From Octopus vulgaris (lineage: Eukaryota), in contig OX597828.1 of the NCBI GenBank assembly GCA_951406725.2, positions 6,758,001-6,822,000 of the forward strand: a DNA stretch of 64,000 nt. Direction: 5' to 3'. The translations under genes and the position numbers were made by a program. Shown piece after piece: positions 25,960 to 39,862 of this stretch (position 1 is its first letter; every line of letters begins with the position of its first letter). The notes under the pieces were generated by a model, which was not told the origin of the DNA, searched no databases, and worked only from the letters and a program-made list of their open reading frames with translations.

Positions 25960-26777
25960 TATTGATCTGGAATCTATATCAGTTATATACTCTGTGCTTA
26001 GGTTCACATGGACGGTCAGGATTTAATATAGTAGCGTTAAATAGCATAAACCTGATTTAAACTATTACTAAATGCCATATATAACTCCTACCAAATGTAA
26101 TGCGTGTCACTTTCTTTCGTGGGTCCACATAGTCGTATTCACGCACACAAACACACATATACGCACACAAACACACACATGCTCACACACGTGCATGCAT
26201 GTATATATGTGAATAATATATATATTATGTATTGGCTGTTCTGTCGTCTTTGTGGAACATTTAAAGAATTTCTGGGATTTCTGCAATTGTTACTCGAACT
26301 CTTTAAGTAACTTGAGTAGAGAACAGTAGAAACGTAGATCAACAATTGTTATATCATTAATAATCTCCTCTCTCCCTCTCTCTCTCTCTCTTTCTCCCTC
26401 TCTCTCTCTCTATCTATCTATCTCTATTTCTCATAGCTATGATCACCTCCAATCTATGTCTCTTTCTTCTTCCATGTTTCTCATTCTCCATCGCTATTTC
26501 TCGTTGATCTTTCGTTCTTGTATTCCCTTACATTGTAAACTGTCTCTCTCACTCTCGTCTTCAATTTGCTTTTTTTAAAATATGAGGAAAAATCCTTGAA
26601 TATTTTAACTTAGCTACTTCATATTTCAAGTTAGGCGTTATACATATGCAACGCCCATTGTCATTGTAAATGAAAAGAAGTTTCCTTAGCTGTTCGGTTT
26701 TTGTTTTATTTCTCAATGAAAAATATAAGATAGCTCACATTTTGCACACAGACTCACACACACATACACACACACGC

Positions 26778-26848
<71 letters not shown>

Positions 26849-27127
26849 CAGTAAGAGAGAGAGGGGGCAAGAGAGGGAGACATAGATAGATACAGATATA
26901 GATTGGTATATGGATAGCTAAACAGACACACAAACACACAGCTAGATAGAGAGAGATAAAGAGAGATAGAGAGATGATATAGATAGATAGGGAGAGTTGT
27001 ATAAATAGATATAGAAAGATGGATAGAGACAGGCAGGCAAACAGACTGACAGACAGTCAGGCAGGCATGCAGATAGACAAACAGACAGACAGACAGACGG
27101 ACAGACGGACAGACGGATGGACGGATG

Positions 27128-27201
<74 letters not shown>

Positions 27202-27221
27202 TAGGTAGTTAGATAGATAGT

Positions 27222-27313
<92 letters not shown>

Positions 27314-27325
27314 TAGATAGATAGA
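26778..27325. repeat. (GATA)n/(GACA)n/(GA)n compound microsatellite
   Basis: Visible tetranucleotide tracts. Confidence 0.95.
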
Positions 27326-28022
27326 TTGCGTAGTACCATGAATAACAGACAAAAGTTTCTCAACGCTAGTTGGCTCATGTAACTCTATCAACCTACCTAT
27401 ATCCCACACAAACCTAATCCTAACATATCAGTGTAGATTCGAATTATGCTCAGTCACAATTGTCTCTTAATAAATGTTTCTTAAACCAAAATGCTGGAAT
27501 ATAATACTGGGCAAACCAGTGTTTTACATTTGTTTTTCTTTGCCTTATTTTACTTCTAACCTTCTTTGATGCGGCTTTCTCAAACACTTAATTATATATA
27601 TATATATATACATAAAAGTATACATGTTTATGCGTATACCTACATTGCTACATACATATATACATATAGACATATATATATATGTATATATATATATATA
27701 AATTAATAAATAAAATATATGCATACATACATATATGTACGTACCTACATCTACATGTATATATACATGCATATATAAATATATATATGTTAGTACAGGA
27801 CACCACCAATAGACGTAGAACTCAACGAGAAACGAAAACGTAAAAAAAAACATGGAAACGGACTTTTTTTAACAACGAAAAAACAGAGTACAAGACAAAC
27901 AATACATGTATATATATATATATATGTATATATATATGTATATATATATATGTATATATATATATATGTATGTATATATAATGTGTGTACATATGTATAT
28001 ACATATATATGTATATATATAC

Positions 28023-28122
<100 letters not shown>

Positions 28123-29360
28123 GCTGGTGTAAAAATTGCGTCGCATTTATAATTTATCGATTCGATAAACTGAGCTATAATAAAATAAGAACCGGAGTGA
28201 ATTAATTATTGGGATCGATAAGATTGAGTGAAACCCCTTGAAGGCGTTATTTCAGTGATGTTTGAAACCATTGAAAAGAAACGAATGAAAGAATATAAAT
28301 ATGTCCAGTGTCGAAACACAGGACAATCTATGACATTGTTTTACTACGCCACGACACAATCTGACAACGATTCTGGCCATAACACTAAGCATCAATGACT
28401 GCAAGTTGAAACAACATGTAAACATATCAATTGTGTTCAAAGATCAAAGACTTGTTCAGATATATGTAATTAGTATTTTATTATTTAATTATTTAAATGA
28501 AAGGATTGATGAAAGAATGAGAAATGAAAGATCACATGATAATAGGGAATTGTGATAAAGACGTAACAGCTTTCAGTAATAGAAACATCCAGTTGATAAT
28601 GAAGAGAGGAAAGGGGGGGGGGAATGAGGAGATAAAAGAGATAAGAATGATGTGATAAGAGAGATAACATAGAGTTTGATGTAGAGATGAAAAGGATGAG
28701 AGTGACGAGATATTAACAGATATAATATAGAGATTGGTGGAGAGATGAAAGAACGATCAAGAAATAAGATATGAAGAGATGAATGAAAGATGAAGATATA
28801 ATTATATTAGATATTAGTGTGTCTGACACCACTAACATCATAGACCAATGAAAGCATGTCATCAATATACAACTTATATGGACATCGTTAGCTTTCTTCA
28901 TATAGTTATTTGGTAGTTAGACTTACCCAACGGCACTTAACAATTCCAAAGTAGTTTTGGCATGAGGGAACTACACTGTTATTAACGTAGATTAATGTAA
29001 CTCAGTGCTATAAACATGCGTGAATATACTAGAGTGTCATAAACATACCTCAATGAGATTTGATTGGTCTAGTCACGAATAATCTAGAAGGAAATCTCAG
29101 ATGTAACACAATCCCATCAACATGAACGATCGTACCATAACGTTATTAACATTTATAAATGATTCGCAGTGTTTTTAACATATGTAAATGTGCCACAATC
29201 CTCTAAGCATATATAAGTATACTATTGGGTTATTTACATGTATACATCTACTGCTTTTCAAAATATAGAACTGTATCACGATGCTATTAATTATACATAC
29301 ATATGCGTTATCTTGTCGCTCTTTCTGAGTTACATATATATATATATATAGTCAGACGCC

Positions 29361-29538
29361 ATGATAGATCGTTAGCCACTACACACATTTGTTTTCTCTC
29401 CTTGTTTTCTGTGTCCCTTTCTGTAGAAGAGCGTAGGCTCGAAACGTAAAAGACTTTTTCTGTTCCTGAGCGTTATACTAATACATGTTTGTTTTGTACA
29501 CCACCCGTCTTCGTCTTTTGTTTTTTTCCGTAAATTCT

Positions 29539-29542
<4 letters not shown>
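29361..29542 (+). mobile_element. TA-flanked short element with hammerhead-like motif (29417-29452), copy 1
   Basis: cttt CTGTAGA a gagc-gtag-gctc GAAA CG TA aaag; homologous to 51654-51850; TA tracts on both sides. Confidence 0.7.
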
Positions 29543-29582
<40 letters not shown>

Positions 29583-30576
29583 GCTGTGTTGAGACGCTCA
29601 TCCCATAACTACACTTACTCATCCCATAACTACACTTTTATTAATTAATTAATTAATTAATTAATTAATTAATTAATTTGCTTGTTTCCTCCCGATATAA
29701 ACCAAAAACAAGGTCTAGAAGGTGTGCAATGTGACAGCACCTCTTTAATGCATAACTTATGAAGTGCCTCTTTAATGTCTAAAACCGCAAACATTACGTA
29801 CATTTTCAATTTTTGCGTAAACTGGTGCTGCAAATAGAGTTGGCACAGAAACAGCTGTATCGAATCATTAAAGATGTTAACGATTTTTTCGACTTCTTAT
29901 CATTTATATTTATATATATGTGTGTGTGTTTGTTTGTGTGTATGTGTGTGTGTGTGCATGCGCGTTAGTTTTATTAACATAGATGAATATAATAATAATA
30001 ACATACCTCATTCGATGCGTTTTTAGCAGTTCAATCATATTGAAAAAGAGATGCGACTGACGATTCTACAAACAGCTGTACCTTTAACGTTATTATCAGG
30101 CGAACCAGAACGACAAATCTGAGCCTTGAATTACAAATACAACCCATTTTGTGGACTTCAACATAATTTTAGTCGATGCAATTTCCCTCACATAACTTCG
30201 ATTAACTCGAGACATTTGCTCCAAATTATATGCAGTAGGATGGAAACCAGGACCTCAGAATTCCGAAGTGAAATCCTTTACCATTCAGCCATGTATTTAT
30301 ACTTAACTGCACCTCAACTGTTAATGTCGTATATCAATAAACAACGGCGTTATTAACACGCATAATTGTTCAATAGTGTTATTAAAACAAGTAATTATAT
30401 TACAACATTATTTGCAGTTGAGATATTATTAAAGCTGGGATGGAGTGAAAGTCTCTGCATTAGATCGCCTTTTCATCCTAACAAAGGCACAAACCATATA
30501 TGTCCGAATCTTACATTTTTACAGTGTTGTCTCTCAGTAATCTCTCTCTCTCTCTCTCTTTTTTACTCCGTTATAA

Positions 30577-30959
30577 TCTCTCTCTATATAAACGGCAGTT
30601 TGTCTGTGCGTGTTTCTGTGTGTCTGTTTGCTTGTACCCTCACCCTGACCACGGCTTTCAACCGATTCTGATGAAACCTGACACACACATAGCCCAATGT
30701 CATAATTCAAAACTAACGCAGTGAAAATTTTGAAAAGTTCCCCAGTTCTGAAAAAATCGATAAATTCGACATGGGGTCGAGAATCAAAAAAAACAAACCA
30801 CAGACTGTCTAGGGGACGCAACTCAACCTTTTTTTACTCTCAAAAAAAATTTACCATCATTTTTTTCCATTTTTTTGCTATTTTTTTGCTATAACTCTCC
30901 AAAAATGCTTTATAGTTATTTCCCTTACAAACCTGAGCAACGCCGGGCGATACTGCTAG
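30577..30959 (+). mobile_element. Non-autonomous Helitron
   Basis: A|TC start; 3' hairpin cctgagcaacgccggg followed by CTAG|T; no TSD; typical 5' tatataaa..gtttgtctgt..aaccgattctgatgaaac. Confidence 0.85.
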
Positions 30960-31199
30960 TCAACTATAAACAGCAGCAGCAGCAGTAGTCTCCACTCAAA
31001 TACCCACGCAGAGTTTATAGACATATTTTGAGATTATAACTGGAATATCATTACTGACAACCTACAAACCCTCAATTTCCCAAATACTACATTAGAACTG
31101 ATGACTATAGGTGTAATCCTTACCTCTGCAGGAACCAAGCGACGACATTACATACCGAAGATCATCTGTTAGGTGTATCTCCTACTGCATAATAAAGAT

Positions 31200-31540
31200 A
31201 GTCGAAAGAACAGTATATATTTAACCAGTCATCTAGTATATCGGTAAATGTTAAAACAACATCAGAGCTAACACTTTGCTATCGTTATTAGATAAGTATT
31301 TTCCAATTGCATATAAATTTCGCAAACGGAAACAATATTAATATTTCTTGGAAAATAATCAAAAGCAAGAAGTGAATCACAACCCGGTGTGTTTATAGAC
31401 TTAAATACGATTCCAGTATAAAAGATAAGGCTATCTGTTTCAACGCATGATTTCAGATCAAAATTCTTGCAAAACTAATACAAAACCTCTCATTAAATGA
31501 CTTTTCTAAAACCTTAAATTGCAATTTTATAAGACTGCTG
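31200..31540 (+). mobile_element. Penelope-like element relic (post-RT linker and GIY-YIG tail)
   Basis: RKNSIY..VNVKT..LLSLLDKYFP..YKFRK and NINISWKIIK resemble Penelope RKIIWFNPP..NVKTNIG..L.LLDKHFP..KLHK and I.WKI; heavily decayed. Confidence 0.55.
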
Positions 31541-32332
31541 ATCAAAAAATATTCTTTGTAGTGTGCAGTTCGAGAAAGATTCGACTTACGCTTCGACTTA
31601 TGGCGCTATGTCCCTCTTTACTAGACTCAAGAGAACATTGAGACGAAAAGATTTGAATTTTGGCTAAAAGAAGAAAAAGAAACCTTGTGTGATGTTACCG
31701 TTGTTGTTGCACATCATGTCTTCGTAACTGTTTTCTGGATTGCATTATCTACTGCGTTCTTCCTTGCTCGAGACATTGACCTGGAATTTGAGGAAAACAT
31801 GGTTGTTACCTGTAGCAAATCGAAAGACAGCTTAGAGGAAGCTTCGATGTCACCTGGTGTCGATATTATATGGTGCTGATTGTTATAATTTTAGAATTTA
31901 ATACAGGTGCAGTTGTCTCCCGTATAGCTACTGTTGTCTTTGCCGTTGTCGTAGCTGTTGTTGTTGCTGTTGTTGCTATTGCATCTTCTCCTTCTGCAGT
32001 TTCTTTCAAAAGAATCATTGTTGTTATAGTGACGATGTGCATTTTCCTTATGTTTATCTGCATACAATACGAGATAACATATATTAGGGAGATATTCTTT
32101 ATCTATGCCACTATATGTATATATATGTTTGTCTTGTTTTCCATTTGTGTCTTTCGTTGTTCGTGAAAATAGCTTATAGTCTTTATTGTACACGTTTCAT
32201 GACATCATGTGCCCACATATGCATATATATATATATATGTGTGTGTCTGTGTGTGTGTGTGTGTATACCCACATGCATATATATATATATATATATATAC
32301 ATGCATAGAAGTATGTACATCGTATGTATATA

Positions 32333-32367
<35 letters not shown>

Positions 32368-32427
32368 ATAAAACGTAAGATAACAAAAGAAAGAAAGAAA
32401 CCTCAATATATGTAAATAGAGGAAATT

Positions 32428-32620
32428 TATCTATACAATATGTTACATTACTCGGTAGTCAAGATAAAACTCTGAGTTTCAGATGCCGAAGTGAAATCCA
32501 CAACACCATCTCTTCGGTTATCTGGCCAGATAACCGAAGAGATGGTGTTGTGGATTTCCACTTCGGCATCTGAAACTCAGAGTTTTATCTGACTACCGAG
32601 TAATGTAACATATTGTATAG

Positions 32621-32623
<3 letters not shown>
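32428..32623. repeat. Spacer-less palindrome of about 196 bp, each arm holding a hammerhead-like motif
   Basis: Centre tgg|cca at 32525/32526; the arms differ only by two 1-nt indels. Confidence 0.95.
32527..32591 (+). ncRNA. Type I hammerhead-like motif, U4C variant; mirror copy on the minus strand at 32462-32523
   Basis: cagataa CCGAAGA gatg...catc t GAAA ctc-a-gag TT ttatctg; GUU site. Confidence 0.6.
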
Positions 32624-32653
<30 letters not shown>

Positions 32654-32750
32654 TTATTATATCATTGAATGCCACACATCCTCTTCGAATTAATTTTTAT
32701 CTTAATAATTCTGATGCGCACATTAAACGATCTTTTTTTTTACTCTTTCG

Positions 32751-32781
<31 letters not shown>

Positions 32782-33381
32782 TTCACTCTCTCTCTCTCAT
32801 TCTTTTACCTCCTCTTCTTCCACTATTCTATCCTACTACTCTGTCACTCTCTCTCCCTCACTCCCCCTCCCTTGCTCACGTGCCTCCCATATGGCTATCG
32901 GTCATCTTTCTTTCTTCTCGTAACTTGTGTTTCTTTCTCTCCGTTTTAACTGGAACAAGGAAGACGTGTTCTTGTCTATCTCCTGACCAAGTTTGATTTA
33001 CGTGTTCACCACCACAACCACAACCTCATTTAGGCTTAGCAGCCTTTCTTGTTTGTTTTCACTGTCCTGTTTATGTTACCAGTTTTGACCCACCGCAAAA
33101 TCCCAAATTTTATTTAATTTGCATTACGGGAGCAAATGATTTATCGAAAGCCTATGTTGTTGCTAAATGCTCGAAATACGAGAGTAGAAAAACAGCCAAC
33201 AAGTGATGAAGCGTCGTTCTTTATGTTGTTTCTCTTGTTTTCCATGTGTGTCTTTCGTTGTTCGTAAAAATAGTTCATATTCCTTGGACTTGTACTTCGT
33301 ATCTTTTTTGTTGTACACGTTTCATGACGTCCTGTGCACACATATGCATATATACATGCCTATAGATGTATGTACACATAC

Positions 33382-33445
<64 letters not shown>

Positions 33446-33463
33446 TTATATATATATACATAC

Positions 33464-33502
<39 letters not shown>

Positions 33503-34069
33503 TATATGTGAAATTACCACTAAATGTGACATGACTAGGATGTTAAAAATCACCTACATTGCGAAAAGTAAGAACTAAAATGCTCTAGTGCTATAGTTAC
33601 AGCACATGAATGAAAACATACACAAACAAAGACGATATACATTTTATTGTTCCGCTAAGGGAGGGTCAATAAAAAATACGCCATCCAATAAGAACAACAA
33701 ATAGTTTCTTGCTATTAAGGCACGTGGTTAGGCAAGTTATGAACATCTGCTTCACTATATGTCTGAAAAACAAGAGATTATTTGCAGCACTTATTTTAAT
33801 ACTGTATACATTAAATGATATATTTTAATATGTGTGTGCGCGGATGTGTGTGTCTGTGCGCGTATGAGTATGTGTGTAAGTATGTATATATGTATTTACA
33901 TATACACACATATACATATATGTATATATGCACGCCACACACACATTATATTATATAATATATATGTGTGTGTATGCATATGTACGTACATATATATATA
34001 TATGCAAATACAAATATACATATAAATACATATATATGCATACACAAACATATACACACACGCACACAA

Positions 34070-34101
<32 letters not shown>

Positions 34102-34419
34102 ATACACATATACATTTATAAAAATCAAGCATTCATGTATATATGCAATTCTAAATCTGTGCATGTATTGTACTGTATGCTTGTACACATGCATACATAC
34201 CTACACACACACACAAGCACACGTGTGCACGCATTCATGTATATATTTCTTACGTATATCAAACGTGCAATGATATCACATGTTCAGCGTTGATTATAAA
34301 CATTGTCGTTTGTCAAAAGAAACCACGTCTATTATCCTACTGGTCTCTTTGAACTTAACAATACACTGACACACACAAACAAAAAAAAATTCTTGCTCCA
34401 GAGATGACTTATTCTAAGA

Positions 34420-34630
34420 AATGTGAACGCGCCACTGTTAAAAGTTATTCTTTAATTCTAATACGGAAGTCAGAAAGCGTTGCGGAAGTTGAATAACAAT
34501 TCATTTAGAGAACACTTCCTTTAAAATTGTTCAGGTTAAAAAGAAACGGTGAAATACCCATAATTCCTGTGCTGTGATATTTCTCACTTTTCTGAAAAAG
34601 CAGACGCAATGATGGCCGCCCAGTAGATTT
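34420..34630 (+). promoter_or_regulatory. Candidate housekeeping-type promoter (ETS/GABP x3, YY1)
   Basis: CGGAAGT at 34464 and 34483; cacttcc at about 34513; GATGGCCGCC at 34611-34620. Confidence 0.45.
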
Positions 34631-35369
34631 CCTTTTGTGCTTGCTTTTCATAATCAGAGACAATGGATTCTGCTGAGTATTGTGCCATTACTTAAGTTTG
34701 TATTGTAGAGTCTCTGAGAGGAAGGGGAGGAGAAGGAGGAGGAGGAGGAGTAAGAAGAAGGGAAGTAAGAAGAAGGAAAAGAAAAAGAACAACAACGCCG
34801 ATGATGACGACGACGACGACGAACGTTGACGGTGGCGACGACGACAAGTAAATAACAACAAGAACAACAACAATGTAATGATTGAGATGATGCTGAAGAA
34901 TACGGTGAAAGAAGACAGAGAATAAACGTCCTATCGATTTTCAAAGGGGCATTCAATATTGTATGTAGATTACTTTTTGTGATATCTTCTATAGCAATTT
35001 CTCTCTGTTGTTCTCTGCCATTATATCAGTTCACATTTAATGGAATACATTACTTGGAATTCGTTCCCTCAGTACAAAAAAGAAAAAAAAAGTCTAAAAT
35101 GTTTCTCCTTATTCTATGTTTATAGGTTAGTGTATGTGTGATTTCAGGAGTAAGAGACGCACAAAAGAATCAGAAATGATTAACAATTAACTGTTAACTC
35201 ACATCTGAATTATTCAATCTGGGTTCAGTTAAATTTTGTTGAAGCTTTTATTGTTATTGTAAACAGTTTTATGGAACAGATATAGATGAATTACTGAGGC
35301 AAAATGATAAGCTTAAGATATATTTTGGTGCTTTGTGAAATATTTTGTAGCTGCAACAGACGTGTAAAT

Positions 35370-36350
35370 AAGCAGCGTATCAATGGTGCAATGTAGTGAT
35401 GTAGGTTTGCTGAATGCCATTGTGTAATGCGGTGTAGATAATGGAGTAGCGTGGAACAGTAATGTATCATATTATAATATAGTCTATTATTACGTAATGT
35501 TGTTAATGTTTTATTACAGAACTGTTGTGTATCAGTGTGTAATGTGGTGTAGATAATTTAACAAGAGAACTGCAGTGTATCATTGTGTAACTGTGTAGAA
35601 CTATAGGGAATCATTGAGTAATGTAGAGTAGAACTGTAGTGAACCATGGTGTAATGCAGTGTAGAACTATACTGGATTGCAGCATAATATAATGTAGAGC
35701 TGCGGTGAATCATGTAATGTAGTGTAGAACTGCAGTGAATCGTTGTGTAACGCAGTGTTGACGTATAAGGAATCATTGTGGAATGTTGAGCAGAACTGTA
35801 GGGAATTATTTAGTAATGTTGAGTAGAACTATACTGAATCGCTTTGTAATATAGTGTAGAACTTCAGTGAACCATTGTGTAATGTAGTATTAAGTTTCAA
35901 CCGGGGTCCATATAAGATTTTTTTTTGTAGTGGGGTTCCACTTTACAAAATAGTAAATTGGGTATCCACAATAATATTTTAAGGGCCCCTGAAAAATAAA
36001 CGTTGCTTTAAATGTATGTATTGGTATGTATTACAAAAAATAGCTAGATTTCTTTCTCTAACATTTCACATAATTCAACTCACACAATTTAACGTGTGAA
36101 AAGCTAAACAGAATTTTGAAAGATCTTTCCATAAAACTTAGTTTTTAAGCCTCGAATGACTATGGGGATCCGCCAGAATAAAATAGTAATCAAAAGGGGT
36201 GCATACGTAAAAAAATGGTTGAGAACCTATGATAATATAACAAGAGAACCACAGTACATCATTCTGTAACATAGTGTAGTATAACTGTATTGAATCAAGA
36301 TTTAATGCAATGTTGAGCTATAGGGAATCATTGTGTAATGTAGGTTAATT
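35370..36350. repeat. Degenerate minisatellite, unit about 33 bp (tgtgtaatgtagtgtagaactgcagtgaatcat)
   Basis: More than 15 diverged tandem units, interrupted by a MITE. Confidence 0.85.
35886..36231. mobile_element. hAT (Charlie-like) MITE inserted in the minisatellite
   Basis: Right end ggttgagaacctatg; left end degenerate gtttcaacc; repeated subterminal ggggtcc motifs. Confidence 0.6.
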
Positions 36351-36805
36351 AACGTTGGATAACTAAAGTGTTTTGCTGTAATATGAAGTATGGTTAATAC
36401 TGTATTATAGATAAGTATTGCTGAACAGTCTACCATTGAGTTGTTAATGTAGGAAGAAAACTTCGTATATAATTTGGTAATGCAATAAATTGAATAATCT
36501 GTGTGTTTTACTCGAGCTGATCAAGCATTTCCTCAAAGACACTCCAGCTGTCACTGTTCTATATTTTATTCATACTGAACCTATGACTACACCACATTAT
36601 TGAAAGTTTATATCCTTATTATATTGGATGTATGTGTTTGGGGTACGTAGGTTGTGGTTTCTAGCAATTTGGCTGACTGCGTAGGGAGCTTTTCATTGGT
36701 TCAAATATAAAGCATAACATTTAATATGATACCGTGTAATAAACAGACTTATGAAGCTGTGGTACAAAGGTATATGTAACAATTGTTTCTGATATTGGGT
36801 AGAAG

Positions 36806-36959
36806 TTTATTCGCTTACATCGACCCCAGTAGTTAACAGGTACATTTTTATAGAGCCCGAAAGGATAAAAAGCAAAGATGACATCGGCGGAATTTGAACT
36901 GAATTAAATGTCGCCGAGCATTCTGTCAACACTCTAACAATTCTGCCACTCACCACCTT
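36806..36959 (-). mobile_element. SINE family A, diverged
   Basis: catcgaccccag..cggcggaatttgaact..ttctgccactcaccacc. Confidence 0.75.
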
Positions 36960-37285
36960 ACTTAGTATGACATAATGTGAAATTATGTAATGCAGTCCGT
37001 GCAATATTGTGTAGTACGATTCTTGTAATTTTGTATAGAATGATGAACCTGTAATACAATACATCGCAGGACATTGATTAACGTATAAAAGTGTAAAATT
37101 GTAGTATAACAATTTGTGTGACAAGTTGATATCGCACAGAAATGTAAAGCTGTAGTTTAGTAAGCCGTATGCCATAGCGTAATATAGTATAGCAGTATAA
37201 AATTTACAGTATAACATTTTGTCTGGCATAGAGGAAAGTTGTATATAAGTATAAAACCACATTATCATATTTTCCTGTCACATTA

Positions 37286-37682
37286 AGGCGGAGAGCTGGC
37301 AGAATCGGTAGCACACCGGGCGAAATGCTTAGCGGTATTTCGTCTGTGGTTACGTTCTGAGTTCAAATTCCGCCGAGGTCGACTTTGCCTTTCATCCTTT
37401 CGGGGTCGATTAAATAAGTACCAGTTACGCACTGGGGTCGATATAATCGACTTAATTCGTTTGTCTGTCCTTGTTTGTCCTCTCTGTGTTTAGCCCCTTG
37501 TGGGTAGTAAAGAAATAGGTATTTCGTCCGTTTCTACGTTCTGTGTTCGAATTCTGCTGAGGTCGACTTTGCCTTTCATCCGTTCGGGGTCGATAAAGTA
37601 AGTATCAGTTGAGCACTTGAGTTTGTGTAATCGACTTAGCCCTCCCCCGAACTTGCTGGCCTTGTACCAAAATTTAAAACCA
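37286..37682 (+). mobile_element. SINE family A, nested dimer
   Basis: Complete unit 37286-37517, then a headless unit starting ggtatttcgtc. Confidence 0.9.
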
Positions 37683-38499
37683 GTATTTTCCTCTCAGAGT
37701 GTTCGATGAGAAAAATGCTTATATAACACTGTGTGTCACAGCTTGTGGCCTTGTCGAGGAGTAAAACCCTTTAACACTTCGTGATGCAGTATAATACTGT
37801 TTAAATGTATAAAGTTACAATACAATACTTCGTGTTACGAGGTATAACGTCGATTATAAGGTTAAAACTGCAGTATAACACTTGCTTTAAGTCGTGTATT
37901 TAATGAAAAGGGGGAAATCTGCCATGTAAATACTTCAAGTACCCCAATATTTTATGATTTTAGTGGAACAAAGAACTTTTCTATCTGGCTTAAGTTGTTT
38001 CAGGAACTTTGCCAGTTCAATGGTTACTTTGCTGATAATCTTTAAGCTGCTGTATTTTTTTTTTTTTTGCCCTTTGCTTAATTTTTCTATTTATGAAGTT
38101 GGACTTGGACACATTTTAATCAACAATTCTATTCTGTATCGGAGAATCTTATTAAAAGTGCGATTGTTACCCAGACCAGGTATTGCTATGGCATTCTAAA
38201 CCAGATAACATAAGCATTTGTCAGAGCTCGCAATTTTCAGAGCTACTTTTTAACATTTTTTTTTACCAGTTAACTGTAAATGGTAATAAATAGCAAAAAC
38301 ACAGACACACATGCATACATGCATACACATATATGCACACATAAACACACACATAGACGCACATACACATACAGAGCTAACACTCATACCGCGAAGACAG
38401 TATTGAAGAACACTATGTGTTGCCGAGACACCTACCAATGAAATAAACACACACACACAAAATAGAAATTTTAAATTCACTAATAACTATTGATTTCTA

Positions 38500-39310
38500 A
38501 TGAAGCTACAAATCTACACATTTCGTGAAAGGGGACAGTCGATTAATCAAACCATTAGTTGTCTAGTACTGTATTTTATCGATCATGGAAAGGTGAAAAG
38601 CATGGTCTGTCTTGTTGCGATTTGAACTCTGAACCTAAGGAAACGAAAATACTAGCGGACGCTTAACCCAGCTGTCTAACCATTCTCACACCATACTAGA
38701 GATGTAATAATCCTTTCTACTATTGGCACAAGGCCTGGAATTTTGTGGAGAAGGGGATAGTCGATTACATAGACCTCAGTACTTGGCTGGTACTTAATTT
38801 TCCGACACCCAAAGGGATGGAAGACAAAGTCGTCCGTGGTGAAATTTGAAATCAGAACATTGAGATGAACAGACGTGCTTCTGTTTCTACCAGCTGGCCG
38901 CTTTGCTATAGATGTAACATTAGTTCGGAACTTTTTCACAGGGCCCGCAATTTTTGGGGAGGTAGTAAGTCGATTACATTGACCCCAGTTTTCAACTGGT
39001 ACTTAAGTTATCGACTCTGAACGGATGAAAGGCAAAGTCGACCTCGTCGGAATTTGAACTCAGAGTGCAAAGATGGACGAAATACCTATTTCTATTTCTT
39101 TACTACCCACAAGAGGCTACACACAGAGACGACAAACAAGGACAGGCACACGGATTAAGTCGATTATATCGACCCCAGTGCGTAACTGGTACTTATTTAA
39201 TCGACCCCGAAAGGATGAAAGGCAAAGTCGACCTCAGCAGAATTTGAACTCAGAACGTAACGGCAGACGAAATACGCATTTCGCCCGGCGTACTAACGTT
39301 TCTGACAGCT
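38500..39310 (-). mobile_element. Cluster of SINE family A copies (two old monomers and a nested dimer at 38940-39310)
   Basis: Repeated gtcgattac..ccccag..ggtactt..gaaaggcaaagtcgacc..atttgaactc. Confidence 0.85.
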
Positions 39311-39324
39311 CAAAACAACATAAA

Positions 39325-39745
39325 ATTGTTATGAATATGAAGCAGAGGTTGTGATAGAAAATGAGGATTACAAGAACTTGTGGGACTTCCCCATTAAGAT
39401 TGACCATACTGTTGAAAAAGACCAGATATGACTATAGGGGACAAAATAAACAAACTGTAAGATTTTGCAATTCCATATGATAAAGACGATACCAAAGAAA
39501 TGGAAACAAGAATTATCGTGATATACAGCCAGAGAGTTGAGGTGACTGTGGAAGACAAAAATTATTCCTGTAGCAACGTGCACTTGGTACAACACCAAAA
39601 TGCAGTCTAGAAGACTGAATCAGATTGGAATTGAAACTCGCATTACACTCCTGAAAAGAAGTATCACCTATGTTTTGCAAAACACCTAAGAAAAATTCTT
39701 GAGATTTGAGACTTGTCTCCAGACCTCAAGATAAAATGCCTCCTA
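39325..39745 (+). mobile_element. Decayed R4/Dong-type retrotransposon 3' end followed by (TAA)n
   Basis: VIENEDYKNLWDFPIKIDH..RPDM..DFAIPYD..KEME..ARELR*LWKTKIIPV..LGTTPK. Confidence 0.75.
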
Positions 39746-39791
39746 ACTAAATTAACATAATAATAATAATAAAAATAATAATAATAATAAC

Positions 39792-39862
<71 letters not shown>

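Larger units (their letters stand above)
32125..33350 (+). repeat. Two copies (~32125-32225 and ~33225-33350) of a short TA-adjacent interspersed repeat
   Basis: tcttgttttccat.tgtgtctttcgttgttcgt.aaaatag...ttgtacacgtttcatgac.tc.tgtgc.cacatatgc; a related copy lies on the minus strand at about 27790-27905. Confidence 0.7.

Noticed and set aside
32152-32175. ttcgttgttcgtgaaa resembling the start of miR-981
   Set aside because: Mismatched beyond the seed, no precursor hairpin, and part of a dispersed repeat
33125-33195. gagc...gctc-GAAA-tacgagagta as a hammerhead
   Set aside because: The CUGANGA box is absent; at most a relic
35370-36350. CRISPR-like periodicity of about 33 bp
   Set aside because: Units are contiguous diverged tandem repeats without unique spacers; eukaryotic context and no cas genes
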